Of a stretch of 32,000 bases of DNA, positions 21,208-31,514 are shown piece after piece (the stretch's first letter is position 1; the number at the start of each line of letters is the position of its first letter). The position numbers and the translations under genes were made by a program. Under the pieces are notes generated by a model that had not been told where the DNA came from, made no database searches, and worked only from the letters and a program-made list of their open reading frames with translations. Source of the DNA: Mycolicibacterium smegmatis (GTDB taxonomy: Bacteria > Actinomycetota > Actinomycetes > Mycobacteriales > Mycobacteriaceae); assembly GCF_001457595.1 (NCBI RefSeq), contig NZ_LN831039.1, forward strand, positions 2,010,001-2,042,000. The letters are read 5' to 3'.

Positions 21208-22464
21208 ATGGCTGTTACCGACGTCCCGGCGTTCGCGCATCTGACCGAAGCCGATATCGAGAACCTGGGTATCGAGCTGGACGCGATCCGTCAGGATATT
21301 GAGGATTCGCGCGGCGAACGCGACGCGCGCTACATCCGCCGCACGATCGCGGTCCAACGGTCGCTGGACCTTGCGGGTCGACTGATGCTGACCGCGAGCA
21401 AGCGCCGCTCGGCGTGGTGGGCAGGCACGGCGACCCTGGGCGTGGCCAAGATCATCGAGAACATGGAGATCGGCCACAACGTCATGCACGGGCAGTGGGA
21501 TTGGATGAACGATCCCGAGATCCACTCCTCGTCCTGGGAATGGGACATGAGTGGCGCCTCCAAGCACTGGCGGTTCACTCACAACTTCATGCACCACAAG
21601 TACACGAACATCCTCGGCATGGATGACGATGTGGGCTACGGTCTGCTGCGGGTCACGCGCGACCAGAAGTGGAAGCCGCACAACCTGCTGAACCTGGTGT
21701 ACAACACCATGCTCTGCATCTTCTTCGAGTGGGGTGTCGGCCTGCAGCACTTGGAGGTCGGCAAGATCTTCAAGGGTCGCGACGACCGCAACGCCACCCT
21801 GGTACGCCTGCGCGAGTTCGGCACCAAGGCCGGCGGGCAGGTGTTCAAGGATTACGTCGCGTGGCCCGCGATCACCTCGCTGTCGCCCGGCGCGACGTTC
21901 AAGTCGACCGCCAAGGCCAACGCGGTTGCCAACATCATCCGCAACATCTGGTCCAACGCGGTGATCTTCTGCGGCCATTTCCCTGATGGTGCAGAGAAAT
22001 TCACCAAGACGGACATGATCGGCGAGAGCCGTGGCCAGTGGTACCTGCGTCAGATGCTCGGCAGCGCCAACTTCGAGGGTGGCTGGCTGCTGCGCTTCAT
22101 GAGCGGCAACCTGTGCCACCAGATCGAGCACCACCTGTACCCGGATCTGCCCAGCAACCGGTTGCACGAGATCTCGATCCGCGTGCGCGCACTGTGCGAC
22201 AAGTACGACCTGCCCTACACCACGGGATCATTCCTGGTGCAGTACGGCAAGACGTGGCGCACGATCGCGAAACTCTCGCTGCCGGACAAGTTCCTGAAGG
22301 ACACCGCCGACAACGCGCCCGAGACGCGCAGCGAGCGGATGTTCGCCGAGCTCGACGGATTCGGTGTCACCGATCCCGCGACGGGTCGTCGTCGGGGTCT
22401 GAAGACCGCGATCGAGACCGTGCGGGGCTGGCGCCGGTCGAGCCGGGCCAAGCGCGCCGCCTAG
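21208..22464 (+). CDS. desA3: Acyl-CoA (stearoyl-CoA delta-9) desaturase DesA3, 418 aa
   Basis: Histidine boxes GHNVMH, HNFMHHKYTN, HQIEHHLYPDLP; AGGAGG at 21195 and ATG at 21208; adjacent to its reductase partner. Confidence 0.95.
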   Translation: MAVTDVPAFAHLTEADIENLGIELDAIRQDIEDSRGERDARYIRRTIAVQRSLDLAGRLMLTASKRRSAWWAGTATLGVAKIIENMEIGHNVMHGQWDWMNDPEIHSSSWEWDMSGASKHWRFTHNFMHHKYTNILGMDDDVGYGLLRVTRDQKWKPHNLLNLVYNTMLCIFFEWGVGLQHLEVGKIFKGRDDRNATLVRLREFGTKAGGQVFKDYVAWPAITSLSPGATFKSTAKANAVANIIRNIWSNAVIFCGHFPDGAEKFTKTDMIGESRGQWYLRQMLGSANFEGGWLLRFMSGNLCHQIEHHLYPDLPSNRLHEISIRVRALCDKYDLPYTTGSFLVQYGKTWRTIAKLSLPDKFLKDTADNAPETRSERMFAELDGFGVTDPATGRRRGLKTAIETVRGWRRSSRAKRAA

Positions 22465-22488
22465 GTACGCCTGGTTCTCCAGCATCAC

Positions 22489-22526
22489 CACCGAGGGTGT
22501 GTCCGGTATCGGACACACCCTCGGTG
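22489..22526. terminator. Strong hairpin between desA3 and the downstream secreted protein gene
   Basis: CACCGAGGGTGTGTCCG-GTAT-CGGACACACCCTCGGTG, perfect 17-bp arms and 4-nt loop, 24 bp after the desA3 stop. Confidence 0.85.
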
Positions 22527-22659
22527 TTCTGCTGTCGCGGCACCGCCGGGATCATTCCCCGGCCAGGAGGGTTCCAAGAAAACCCGCGCCGTTTTCCCAG
22601 GACGCTGGCAGCCGCCGTTTCTAATCTGTGGCTCTGACATCGATCCGTTGGAGGACATG

Positions 22660-23088
22660 ATGAGGAAGATCCTGGGCGTGGCCCTCCTCAGCGCGGCCGC
22701 GGCGCTCCCCGTCGGAACGCTCGCCACAGGCGTGGCCGCCGCCGACGACTACGCGGGCCAGAAGTACTCGGACGCGGAGTCGGCACTCTCCGACGCCGGC
22801 GAGAAGGGCGTGATCGCCACACGGTCAGGTGATTCGCTCGACGACGACGACTGTGTGGTGACCAGTTCCGAACAGGCGCCGTGGATCAAGGGTGACGACT
22901 TCCAGCCCGTCACCGACACGGTGCTGCTGAACCTCAACTGCAGCGCGGCCGTCGCCAGCGCGAAGACGCCGGGGAACTCGGCGGCGAGCCCCGAAGGCCG
23001 CGCCGCGATCCAGCAGGCGAAAGAGGAAGCCGCGCAACAGAAACAGCAGGCGCAGGCCGACCAGGCGAAGGCCAAGGGCAAGTCCTGA
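22660..23088 (+). CDS. Small exported protein with PASTA-like fold signature and Gln/Lys-rich tail
   Basis: Signal peptide MRKILGVALLSAAAALPVGTLATGVAAA; YAGQKYSDAESALSDAGEKGVIATRSGDSLDDDDCVVTSS; two cysteines; C-terminal KEEAAQQKQQAQADQAKAKGKS. Several starts are possible (22648, 22657, 22660). Confidence 0.8.
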   Translation: MRKILGVALLSAAAALPVGTLATGVAAADDYAGQKYSDAESALSDAGEKGVIATRSGDSLDDDDCVVTSSEQAPWIKGDDFQPVTDTVLLNLNCSAAVASAKTPGNSAASPEGRAAIQQAKEEAAQQKQQAQADQAKAKGKS

Positions 23089-23104
23089 TCGGCCGGTTTC
23101 GCCG

Positions 23105-24037
23105 TCAGCCCTTGATGGCGGTGCTGTAGTAGTTGTCGCTCAACGACTTCCGTCCGTCGGCCGGGCGCGGCACCTCGAGCCCGGCGGCGTCGAGCAGCGC
23201 GGCCAGTGGGGTCCGGGTCGACGTCCAGCCCCTCGCTTCGAGGTAGTCGTCGACGTCGTTGCGCGGACCCGAGTTCCCGAGATCACCCAGATCCAGGTCG
23301 AATCCGTGTTCACGCCACCGCGCGAGAAGCGGTTCGAGATCCCGTGCGCCGTCTGCTCCGAGAGCCCCGTCCTCGGAATCACTGCCCAAGAGGGCCACTT
23401 CGGCGGCCAGGCGGCTGCCGGACGCACTGAGCGACGTGATGGCGTCGAGCAACCGGTCCTGCGCTTCGGGCGGAAGGAACGGCAGTAGCCCCTCAGCGCT
23501 CCACGCGGTGGGCCGGGTCGGGTCGAACCCCTTTGCGCGCAACGCCGCCGGCCAGTCGTCGCGCAGATCCACCGCAACCATGCGGACCTCGGCGGTCGGT
23601 TCGGCACGCAGATCGGTGAGCGCACGCCCCTTGAACTCCAGCACGTCGGGCATGTCGATCTCGAACAGCACGGTGCCGGCCGGCCAGTCGAGTCGGTAAC
23701 CGCGGGCGTCGAGTCCCGAGGCCAGGATGACCGCCTGTCGCACACCTGCCGCGGCCGCGTCGCCGAAGAACGCGTCGAAGTAACGCGTCCGCGCCGCCAG
23801 CAGATCCGTCATCTGCTGCATGCCCCATGTGGCACCGGGGATGTCGACGTCTGCCGCCGCGAGGTCACCGGTGGCCCACCGCGTCATGAAGTCGATGCCG
23901 ACCGCGCGTACGAGAGGTTCTGCGAACCGGTCGTCGATCAGCCCGGTGGTGGTGGCGCGGGCGCGGCCGGCGGCCACCATGGTTGCGGTGGCTCCGACGC
24001 TGGTCGCCAGATCCCAGGTTTCGTGTGTGGACTCCAT
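23105..24037 (-). CDS. SAM-dependent methyltransferase, mycobacterial leucine-carboxyl-methyltransferase-like (PPM) family, 310 aa
   Basis: [56 protein letters not shown]. Confidence 0.93.
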   Translation of the reverse strand: MESTHETWDLATSVGATATMVAAGRARATTTGLIDDRFAEPLVRAVGIDFMTRWATGDLAAADVDIPGATWGMQQMTDLLAARTRYFDAFFGDAAAAGVRQAVILASGLDARGYRLDWPAGTVLFEIDMPDVLEFKGRALTDLRAEPTAEVRMVAVDLRDDWPAALRAKGFDPTRPTAWSAEGLLPFLPPEAQDRLLDAITSLSASGSRLAAEVALLGSDSEDGALGADGARDLEPLLARWREHGFDLDLGDLGNSGPRNDVDDYLEARGWTSTRTPLAALLDAAGLEVPRPADGRKSLSDNYYSTAIKG

Positions 24038-24129
24038 GCCCGCGATTCAACGCTTAGTGGAGCTAAGCAGCAAGCGTCTTCACCTGATGCACAGGCACTT
24101 TCCAGTGTTCTGTGTTGAGGCGTCCAGGC

Positions 24130-25137
24130 TCAGATGTTCATGGCCCTGCGGGTGTCCTTCAGCACCGCGAGGAGCCTGCGCGCGGCCGCGGCGCGATCGG
24201 CGGCCGGCCCGGTGAGGGCATCGAGCGCGCACTCCGGATCGGCAGGCGGGCCCATGTGCCCGCATCCGCGCGGGCAGTCCTCGATGGTGTCCGCGAGATC
24301 GGAGAACGCCAGGATGACGTCATCGGGTTCGATGTGCGCCAGGCCGAACGACCGGATGCCCGGTGTGTCGATCACCCAGCCGTCGCCGTCGAGCGGCAGC
24401 GCCACCGACTGCGTCGAGGTGTGCTTGCCCTTGCCGACACCCGACACCTCGCCGGTGGCCCTGTCCGCTTCGGGGATCAGGCGATTCACGAGTGTGGACT
24501 TGCCGACCCCGGAGTGCCCGAGGAAAACCGTGACCTGTCCCGTCAGCAGCGGTCTGACCGGTTCGATAGGGTCGTCGCGTCCCGCGGTCACGATCGTGAG
24601 ATCGAGGTCGGCGAACTGCGCGGCGAACGCTTCCGGTGCCGCGAGATCGGATTTGGTCAGGCACAGAACAGGTTTGAGGCCACCCGCGTACGCCGCGATC
24701 AGGGCGCGTTCGACGAAACCGGTGCGCGGCGGGGGATCGGCCAGCGCCACCACGATCAACAGCTGATCGGCGTTGGCGACCACCACCCGCTCGGTCGGGT
24801 CGGTGTCATCGGCGGTGCGGCGCAACACCGTTCGGCGTTCACCGCGACGCACGATGCGGGCCAGCGTGTCCGGGCGGCCCGACACGTCGCCGACCACGTC
24901 GACGTCGTCACCCACCACGATGGGCGTGCGGCCCAGCTCGCGGGCGCGCATGGCGGTCACCACCCGATCCGGGTCGCGGTCGAGCGCACAGCCCCAGCGG
25001 CCGCGGTCGACCGTGACGACCATCGCGGACTGTGCATCGGCATGATCGGGCCGGTTCTTGGTGCGCGGGCGGCTGCCCCGACCCGGCCGGATCCGGACGT
25101 CGGACTCGTCGTAGTTCAGGGAGCGCCGCGCACTCAA
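24130..25137 (-). CDS. rsgA: Ribosome small subunit-dependent GTPase A, 335 aa
   Basis: Circularly permuted GTPase motifs [29 protein letters not shown]; zinc region [21 protein letters not shown] at 25137 overlaps the aroA TGA (TTGA) and gives [19 protein letters not shown]. Confidence 0.93.
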   Translation of the reverse strand: MSARRSLNYDESDVRIRPGRGSRPRTKNRPDHADAQSAMVVTVDRGRWGCALDRDPDRVVTAMRARELGRTPIVVGDDVDVVGDVSGRPDTLARIVRRGERRTVLRRTADDTDPTERVVVANADQLLIVVALADPPPRTGFVERALIAAYAGGLKPVLCLTKSDLAAPEAFAAQFADLDLTIVTAGRDDPIEPVRPLLTGQVTVFLGHSGVGKSTLVNRLIPEADRATGEVSGVGKGKHTSTQSVALPLDGDGWVIDTPGIRSFGLAHIEPDDVILAFSDLADTIEDCPRGCGHMGPPADPECALDALTGPAADRAAAARRLLAVLKDTRRAMNI

Positions 25138-26483
25138 CGCTGCTGGTTCCTCCCTGCCGCGCCCGCCAGCATGGCGGCCCACATCGACGGGAAGTCGGGC
25201 AGGGTCTTGGCCGTGGTCTCGATGTTCTCGACAGCAACCCCGGGCACGCGCAGGCCGATGATGGCGCCGGCCGTGGCCATCCGGTGATCGGCGTAGGACC
25301 GCCACGTGCCGCCGTGCAACGGACGGGCAGTGATCAGCAGTCCGTCGTCGGTCTCGCGGCAGTCACCGCCGAGGCCGTTGATCTCGGTCGTCAGCGCGGC
25401 CAGCCGGTCGGTCTCGTGCCCGCGCAGGTGCGCGATGCCCCGCAACTGCGACGTCGACCCCTCCTCTGCCAGCGCCGCGAGCGCGGCGACGGTCGGCGCG
25501 AGCTCACCCACGTCGTGCAGATCGGCCTCGAACCCGCCGTACTCGCGAGCCCCGGTCACCTCCAGGTTCCCGTCGGCTTCGCGTACCGTGCCACCGACCG
25601 TGGCCAGCAACTCCAGGATGGTGCCGGCGGGCTGGATGCTCACGGTGGGCCAGCCCGCGATCCGGACCGTGCCACCGGTGACCAGCGCGGCGGCCAGGAA
25701 CGGCGTCGAGTTGGACAGGTCGGGTTCGATGTTCCACGAGCGTGCCGCGACCGGGCCGGGATGCACGTGCCAGCGGTTGGCCACCGAATCGTCGACCTCG
25801 ACGCCCGCGTCGCGCAGCATCGCCACGGTCATCGCCACGTGCGGCGCGGACGGCACGGAAACTCCGGTGTGCACGATCGTCAGCCCGTTCTGGAAGCCCG
25901 CACCGGACAGCAGCAGCCCAGAGACGAACTGCGACGAGCCCGAGGCGTCGATCTCGACGGTGCCGCCGGAGACCGTGCCCGTGCCGCGCACCGTGAACGG
26001 CAACGCGTCGCCGTCGAGGCTCACCCCGAGCCGGCGCAGCCCGTCGAGCAGTGGAGCGATGGGCCGTGACCTGGCCTGTTCGTCGCCGTCGAACGTGACC
26101 GACGACCGGCTCAGCGCGGCGACCGGAGGGACGAATCGCAGCACGGTGCCGGCCAGGCCGCAGTCCACCGTGGCGTCGGTCGCGGGCTCGATGCTGCCGT
26201 GAACGGTCAGCTCGGTGGGGTCGTCGGCGGAGATGTCGACCGTGACGCCCAGGGTGCGGATCGCCTCGATCATGAGGTCGGTGTCGCGGCTGCGCAGCGC
26301 GCCGCTGATCGTGGAGGTGCCCTGCGGGGTGGCCAGCGCCGCGAGGATCAGGGCGCGGTTGGTCAGCGATTTCGATCCGGGCACCGTCACCGTCGCGTCG
26401 ACCGGGGCCGTCGTCGACGGGGCCGCCCAGTGTGGTTTCTGCTCCTCGTCCGCGCGTGCACTCACGGCTATATCCTGCCTCAT
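25134..26483 (-). CDS. aroA: 3-phosphoshikimate 1-carboxyvinyltransferase (EPSP synthase)
   Basis: [21 protein letters not shown]-region equivalent [46 protein letters not shown] 26483 or GTG 26465 are the plausible starts; the track ORF start at 26642 would overlap the divergent gene. Confidence 0.95.
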   Translation of the reverse strand: MRQDIAVSARADEEQKPHWAAPSTTAPVDATVTVPGSKSLTNRALILAALATPQGTSTISGALRSRDTDLMIEAIRTLGVTVDISADDPTELTVHGSIEPATDATVDCGLAGTVLRFVPPVAALSRSSVTFDGDEQARSRPIAPLLDGLRRLGVSLDGDALPFTVRGTGTVSGGTVEIDASGSSQFVSGLLLSGAGFQNGLTIVHTGVSVPSAPHVAMTVAMLRDAGVEVDDSVANRWHVHPGPVAARSWNIEPDLSNSTPFLAAALVTGGTVRIAGWPTVSIQPAGTILELLATVGGTVREADGNLEVTGAREYGGFEADLHDVGELAPTVAALAALAEEGSTSQLRGIAHLRGHETDRLAALTTEINGLGGDCRETDDGLLITARPLHGGTWRSYADHRMATAGAIIGLRVPGVAVENIETTAKTLPDFPSMWAAMLAGAAGRNQQR

Positions 26484-26529
26484 CCTGCCTTGTCGACCCT
26501 TGTCGCCCGACTCTGCAACCATGGGTCTC

Positions 26530-27309
26530 ATGTGTGGACGTTTCGCGGTCACCACCGATCCGGCGCTGCTGGCCCAGAAGATCCAGGCGATCGACGAGAC
26601 CGCAGCCGCCGGCTCCGGGGACAAGGATGTGGCAGGCGCCAATTACAACGTCGCGCCGACAACGACCATCACCAGCGTGGTCAAACGCCACACCGAACCG
26701 GAGGACGAGTCCACGCGGCGGCTGCGTTCGATGCGGTGGGGGCTGATCCCGCCGTGGGTCAAGGCCACCGAGGACGGCAGCCCCGAGAACAAGGGGCCGC
26801 TGTTGATCAATGCGCGTGCCGAGAAGGTGACCACCTCGCCCGCGTTCCGCAGTTCGGCCAAGAGCAGGCGGTGTCTGATCCCGATGGACGGCTGGTATGA
26901 GTGGCGCCCGAATCCGGCTGCGGACGGCAAGAAGGCCTCCAAGACGCCGTTCTTCATGTACGGCGTCGACGGTGAGCCGCTGTTCATGGCGGGCCTGTGG
27001 ACGACGTGGCGCCCGCCGGGGGCACCCAAGGATCACGCACCGTTGGTGAGTTGCACCATCATCACCACCGACGCGGCCGGACCGCTCGCCGAGATCCACG
27101 ACCGCATGCCGCTGAGCATCAGCCGGGACGACTGGGACCGCTGGCTGGACCCCGACGCCCCGGTCGACGAGGGGCTGCTGCGTGGTCACGGCGACCTCGA
27201 CCGCATCGGGGTGCGTGAGGTGTCGAGGCTGGTCAACAGCATCCGCAACAACGGCCCGGAACTGATCGAGCCCGCCGAGCCCGAGGCCGAACAGGCTGGG
27301 CTGTTTTGA
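26530..27309 (+). CDS. SRAP-domain (YedK/HMCES-like) abasic-site response protein, 259 aa
   Basis: Starts at MCGRFAV, giving the catalytic Cys2; [59 protein letters not shown]. Confidence 0.95.
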   Translation: MCGRFAVTTDPALLAQKIQAIDETAAAGSGDKDVAGANYNVAPTTTITSVVKRHTEPEDESTRRLRSMRWGLIPPWVKATEDGSPENKGPLLINARAEKVTTSPAFRSSAKSRRCLIPMDGWYEWRPNPAADGKKASKTPFFMYGVDGEPLFMAGLWTTWRPPGAPKDHAPLVSCTIITTDAAGPLAEIHDRMPLSISRDDWDRWLDPDAPVDEGLLRGHGDLDRIGVREVSRLVNSIRNNGPELIEPAEPEAEQAGLF

Positions 27310-28805
27310 GCGGCGAGATCGACGGCGCGGTCATCGATGCGATCGGCGCCGACTTCAGGGCGGCCGGCTACACGGTCGACGGCGTCGCCGAACTGCTCGG
27401 GGAGCACGCCGACGCCGCGCTGCTGCGTGGGGTCTGGTGGCCGGCCTTGCACGCCACGCGCAACTCGCCGCCGCAGCGGCAGGGCCTCGCGGCCCTGGTG
27501 CGCCTGTTCCTGCTCGGTACCGAGGAACCGCGCGACGCGGTCGAGGCCGCGTTCCCCACAGCCGGGGTCGACGCAATGGTGGCCAACGGAGTGCTCGACG
27601 TGACCGAGGGCGGCGCGGTGCGTGCGGCGCTCGACATCCGCCCCCACAGCGACGGCACGCACGACTTCTTCGTCGTCTCCGATCAGGACGCGGTGCTGCG
27701 CAGCGGACCGCTGCGTCACGACCACGTCCTGGGCATCGGCGGCGCCTCGGTGTCGCTCGCGCGCGCCGTCATGCGCACACCGGCCGACCGTGTGCTCGAC
27801 CTCGGGACCGGCTGCGGTATCCAGGCCCTGCACCTCGACGCACACTCGGATCACATCGTCGCCACCGACACCAATCCGCGGGCGCTGGCGCTGGCGGCCG
27901 CGACGGCCCGGCTCAACGCGATGTCGTGGGATCTGCGCCACGGCAGCCTGTTCGAACCCGTGGCGGGGGAGCGGTTCGACCTGATCGTGTCCAACCCGCC
28001 GTTCGTCGTCGGCTCCGGCGCCCGCGACTACATCTACCGCGACTCGGGTATGGCCGGAGACACCGTGTGCCAGAAGCTGATCGAACAGGTCGGCGACCAC
28101 CTGAACCCGGGCGGCACGGCGCACATCATGGCCAACTGGATCGTGAAGCGCGACACCGACTGGCGCGACCGGGTCGCAGGGTGGCTGGCGGGCACCGGTC
28201 TGCACGCCTGGGTGGTGCAGCGTGAGCTGGCGGATCCGATTAGCTACATCTCGTTGTGGCTCGCCGACGCCGGTGAGACACCGCAGCAGGCCGCAAGTCG
28301 TGGCGGGGAATGGCTGGAGTGGTTCACCGAACAGGACATCGCCGGCATCGGCATGGGCCTGATCCTGCTGCGCGCACCCGCCGGCGGCGAACCGCCCGAG
28401 CAGATCTTCGAAGAGATCACCGGCGCAGACGAACTCGTGACGGGAACCGAGGTCGAGGCGTTCTTCGCGCGGCGGGCCTACCTGCGCGAAACCTCCGACG
28501 AACAACTACTGGCCGCGAGATTGTCCACCGCGCCGGTGTTCCTGGAAGAACAGTTCCTGCCCGGGCCCGACGGGTGGCAGCAGGTCGGGGCCGCGGTCCG
28601 GCGTCCCGGCGGTCCGGGTGCGGTGATCGGCGTCGACGACGTGATGCGGGCGCTGCTGGCGGGCTGCCGCGGCGAGGTACCCCTCGGTATGCTCATCGAC
28701 CTGCTCGCGGCCCATCACGGAGTCGACGCCAACGCACTAGCCGAGGCCGCACTGCCCGAGGTGCGCGACGCGATCGCCCGCGGAATCCTCTATCAGGCAC
28801 AGTGA
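27306..28805 (+). CDS. HemK/RsmC-like SAM methyltransferase with N- and C-terminal extra domains, 499 aa
   Basis: VLDLGTGCGIQALHL motif I, DLIVSNPPFVV (NPPF) motif IV. TTG start overlaps the upstream TGA (TTGA). Confidence 0.9.
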   Translation: MSGEIDGAVIDAIGADFRAAGYTVDGVAELLGEHADAALLRGVWWPALHATRNSPPQRQGLAALVRLFLLGTEEPRDAVEAAFPTAGVDAMVANGVLDVTEGGAVRAALDIRPHSDGTHDFFVVSDQDAVLRSGPLRHDHVLGIGGASVSLARAVMRTPADRVLDLGTGCGIQALHLDAHSDHIVATDTNPRALALAAATARLNAMSWDLRHGSLFEPVAGERFDLIVSNPPFVVGSGARDYIYRDSGMAGDTVCQKLIEQVGDHLNPGGTAHIMANWIVKRDTDWRDRVAGWLAGTGLHAWVVQRELADPISYISLWLADAGETPQQAASRGGEWLEWFTEQDIAGIGMGLILLRAPAGGEPPEQIFEEITGADELVTGTEVEAFFARRAYLRETSDEQLLAARLSTAPVFLEEQFLPGPDGWQQVGAAVRRPGGPGAVIGVDDVMRALLAGCRGEVPLGMLIDLLAAHHGVDANALAEAALPEVRDAIARGILYQAQ

Positions 28806-28812
28806 TCCGCGT

Positions 28813-29619
28813 TCAGCGGCGAAGGGCTGTGGTCACCAGGTAGGGACTCGCGAACGCCACGGTGCCGGTGGTGTCGACGTGCCTGCGCAGTGCGGCCTCG
28901 AAGACCGAGCGCAGGCGGTCCCGCACAGGTGTGTCGAGACTCTGGAACAGGCTGACGTGCGCCGGCGACTCGAACTCGAGGAATTCCATCGCGGCGGCCA
29001 GTGAGGCGAAATTCCAGGTGAGGTCCGATGTTTCGACGGTGATGTCGTCGAAATGGGCAGCCAGGCGTTGCGCGACGACGTCGCGGTCGCCCCATTGGTC
29101 CGGGGTGAAGGCAGCCGCAGGTGGCGGACCGAGAACCTCCACGATCGGTGCGAAGAACGGGTTCTCGGCACCATCGCGGTCGTCGCGCACCCACGACGAG
29201 AAGGCGAAGACGCCACCCGGGCGCAGCAACCGGGTGACCTCGGCCACCAGGCCTGTCGGTTCGACGAAGATGATGCCCATGTTGGACACCACCGCGTCGA
29301 ACCCACCGTCGGGCAGTCCGGTGCGTGTGGCGTCGGCGGCGACCCACGTGACCTGATCGCCGCCGGGCCGGGTCTTCGCGATGTCGATCAGTTCGGGCGT
29401 GATGTCCACGCCCGTCACGTCCGCGCCCGCGGCCGCAGCCGCCAGGGCCGCGCTGCCGGTCCCACAGGCCAGGTCCACGATGTCGGCGCCGGTCAGTGGC
29501 CCCCGTTGTGGACCGACGCGGCCTGCCGCGACGACGACCTCTCCGGCGATGGGGGCGATGCGTTCGGCGACGGCTTGGTATCGGCCGGCCGCCCAGTTCG
29601 TGGGCTTGGGTTGGGGCAC
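28813..29619 (-). CDS. Class I SAM-dependent methyltransferase, 268 aa
   Basis: IVDLACGTGSAALAAAAAGADVTGVDITPELI; LPDGGFDAVVSNMG; VTRLLRPGGVFAFSSW. Confidence 0.93.
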   Translation of the reverse strand: MPQPKPTNWAAGRYQAVAERIAPIAGEVVVAAGRVGPQRGPLTGADIVDLACGTGSAALAAAAAGADVTGVDITPELIDIAKTRPGGDQVTWVAADATRTGLPDGGFDAVVSNMGIIFVEPTGLVAEVTRLLRPGGVFAFSSWVRDDRDGAENPFFAPIVEVLGPPPAAAFTPDQWGDRDVVAQRLAAHFDDITVETSDLTWNFASLAAAMEFLEFESPAHVSLFQSLDTPVRDRLRSVFEAALRRHVDTTGTVAFASPYLVTTALRR

Positions 29620-29658
29620 GACATCGAGTATGGCCGAATGTGCTCCAGGTGCAGTGGG

Positions 29659-30516
29659 TTACGGGCCCGTGTAGCCGGGTGGGTTGGGCGTGTCGACCCA
29701 CAGGTCGACGCCCAGTTCGCCGCCGGGCACGCAGTCATAGACCGACAGGTCGGTCACGCCGGAATCCAGCAGCACGTCCTCGCACAGCAGCGTGTTGCCG
29801 GTGAACTCGCGGGCCGGTTTGGTGAACACCGCATAGGCGGCGTCGGCGTACACCTGCGGTTTGCGGGCGCGGGCCATCGCCTCGTCGCCGCCCAGAAGGT
29901 TCTGCACGGCCGCGGTGGCGACCAGCGTGCGTGGCCACAGCGTGTTGGAGGCGATGCCGTGTTCACGCATCTCTTCGGCGATCCCCAACGCGCACAAGGT
30001 CATCCCGAACTTGGCCATCATGTACGCGGTCGGTGTGAGCCATTCGGACTCCAACCGGATCGGCGGGGACAAGGTCAGGATGTGCGGATTCTCGCGGCCT
30101 TTCATGTGCGGGATACAGGCCTGCGACACCGCGTAGGTACCGCGGATCTGGATACCGTTCATCAGATCGAACCGCTTGAGCGGCACCTCCTCGATGGAGC
30201 CGAGATTGATCGCCGATGCGTTGTTGACGCAGATGTCGATGCCACCGAACTGTTCGACGGCCTTGGTCACCGCCGCGGCCACCGAGTCGCCGTCACGCAC
30301 GTCGCCCACGATGGGCAGGGCCTGGCCGCCGGCGTCCTCGATCTCTTCGGCGGCGGTGTAGATGGTGCCTTCAAGCTTGGGGTGCGGTTCGGCGGTCTTG
30401 GCGATCAGCGCGATGTTGGCGCCGTCGGCGGCGGCCCGCTTGGCGATCGCCAGCCCGATACCGCGGCTCGCGCCCGAGATGAACATGGTCTTGCCGGACA
30501 ACGGTGCCTGTGCCAT
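29659..30516 (-). CDS. Short-chain dehydrogenase/reductase (HSDL2-like subgroup), 285 aa
   Basis: MFISGASRGIGLAIAKRAAADGANIALIAKT; DICVNNASAI; SPPIRLESEWLTPTAYMMAKFGM. ATG at 30516, alternative GTG at 30525. Confidence 0.94.
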   Translation of the reverse strand: MAQAPLSGKTMFISGASRGIGLAIAKRAAADGANIALIAKTAEPHPKLEGTIYTAAEEIEDAGGQALPIVGDVRDGDSVAAAVTKAVEQFGGIDICVNNASAINLGSIEEVPLKRFDLMNGIQIRGTYAVSQACIPHMKGRENPHILTLSPPIRLESEWLTPTAYMMAKFGMTLCALGIAEEMREHGIASNTLWPRTLVATAAVQNLLGGDEAMARARKPQVYADAAYAVFTKPAREFTGNTLLCEDVLLDSGVTDLSVYDCVPGGELGVDLWVDTPNPPGYTGP

Positions 30517-30526
30517 GCGCACCACA

Positions 30527-31441
30527 CTAAGTGCCCGGGTGCGCCTGCGTCGGCGACTTCGGGCCCTCGGTCAGGGTGCGCAGCACCCGCAGGACGTTGG
30601 TGATCAGCGGCGAGTCTCCCGTGTGGGCGGCGACCAGGTCTACGCCCAGATCGGTGGGCCGCAGCGGGACGTAGCGCACCCCGGCGATGTCGAGCGCCGT
30701 CGTCGGATCGGGCACGATCGCGACACCCAGCCCGGCCGCCACCAGGGTCACCAGCGTCGAGGTCTCCGAGACCTCCTGCCGGATCCGGGGCAGAAACCCG
30801 GCGTCGGCGCACACGGTGGCCACGAGGTTGCTCATGACCGACCGTCCGTGACCGGTGTGCACCACGAAGTCCTCGTCGCGCAGGTCGGCCACCGTGACGG
30901 CGTCCCGGATGGCCAGCGCGTGGTCGGCGGGCAGCGCGACCACCAGGCCGTCGCGGCGCACGGTGTGGGTCAGCACGGCCTCCTGGCGCACGGGCGGCCG
31001 CAGCAGCGCCAGGTCGATACCACCGGACAGCAGGGCCTCGATCTGTGCGGGCGCGAGCATCTCACCGCGCACGGTCACCTCGATCCCGGGCAGGGATTCG
31101 CCGAGCGCCCGCACGAGTTGCGGCAGCAGCGAGTAGGTGGCCGATCCGACGCAGCCGATCGTGATCCGGCCCTGAATTCCCGAAGCGATCCGCTGGGCCT
31201 CGGTGTTCGCCGCGTCGACGGCGTCGAGGATCTCGACCGCCCGGCGCAGGTAGGTGTGTCCGGCCGGGGTCAGCTCGACGCTGCGGGTGGTGCGTGTGAG
31301 CAGCGTGCACCCGAGTTCGCGTTCGAGTTGGCGGATCTGCTGCGACAGCGGCGGCTGGGCCATGTGCAGCCGCTCGGCGGCACGCCCGAAATGCAGTTCC
31401 TCGCCGACTGCGCGGAAGTACCGCAGGTGCCGCAGCTCCAT
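30527..31441 (-). CDS. LysR-family transcriptional regulator, 304 aa
   Basis: MELRHLRYFRAVGEELHFGRAAERLHMAQPPLSQQIRQLERELG helix-turn-helix. Confidence 0.96.
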   Translation of the reverse strand: MELRHLRYFRAVGEELHFGRAAERLHMAQPPLSQQIRQLERELGCTLLTRTTRSVELTPAGHTYLRRAVEILDAVDAANTEAQRIASGIQGRITIGCVGSATYSLLPQLVRALGESLPGIEVTVRGEMLAPAQIEALLSGGIDLALLRPPVRQEAVLTHTVRRDGLVVALPADHALAIRDAVTVADLRDEDFVVHTGHGRSVMSNLVATVCADAGFLPRIRQEVSETSTLVTLVAAGLGVAIVPDPTTALDIAGVRYVPLRPTDLGVDLVAAHTGDSPLITNVLRVLRTLTEGPKSPTQAHPGT

Positions 31442-31481
31442 AAATACTCCAGAGATATCAATAGGTATCTACTGAGTATTT
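31442..31481. promoter_or_regulatory. AT-rich dyad in the lysR/thiolase divergent intergenic region, candidate LysR-type operator
   Basis: AAATACTC-CAG-AGATA ... TATCT-ACT-GAGTATTT, symmetric about 31461.5. The outer 8-bp arms and inner 5-bp arms match exactly. It abuts the lysR ATG. Confidence 0.75.
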
Positions 31482-31514
31482 CACAATATCTTCGCAGCTC
31501 TCTACCGTCGAAGC

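Noticed and set aside
24112-25287. 391-aa plus-strand ORF over rsgA
   Set aside because: Antisense of a clearly identified GTPase gene.
25504-27189. 561-aa minus-strand ORF over aroA and the SRAP gene
   Set aside because: Overlaps two genuine genes; Arg/Gly/Pro shadow translation.
27186-28505. 439-aa minus-strand ORF over the NPPF methyltransferase
   Set aside because: Shadow ORF with no recognised motif and typical antisense composition.
28806-28812. Possible terminator between convergent methyltransferase genes
   Set aside because: Only 7 nt separate the two stop codons and no hairpin was seen.
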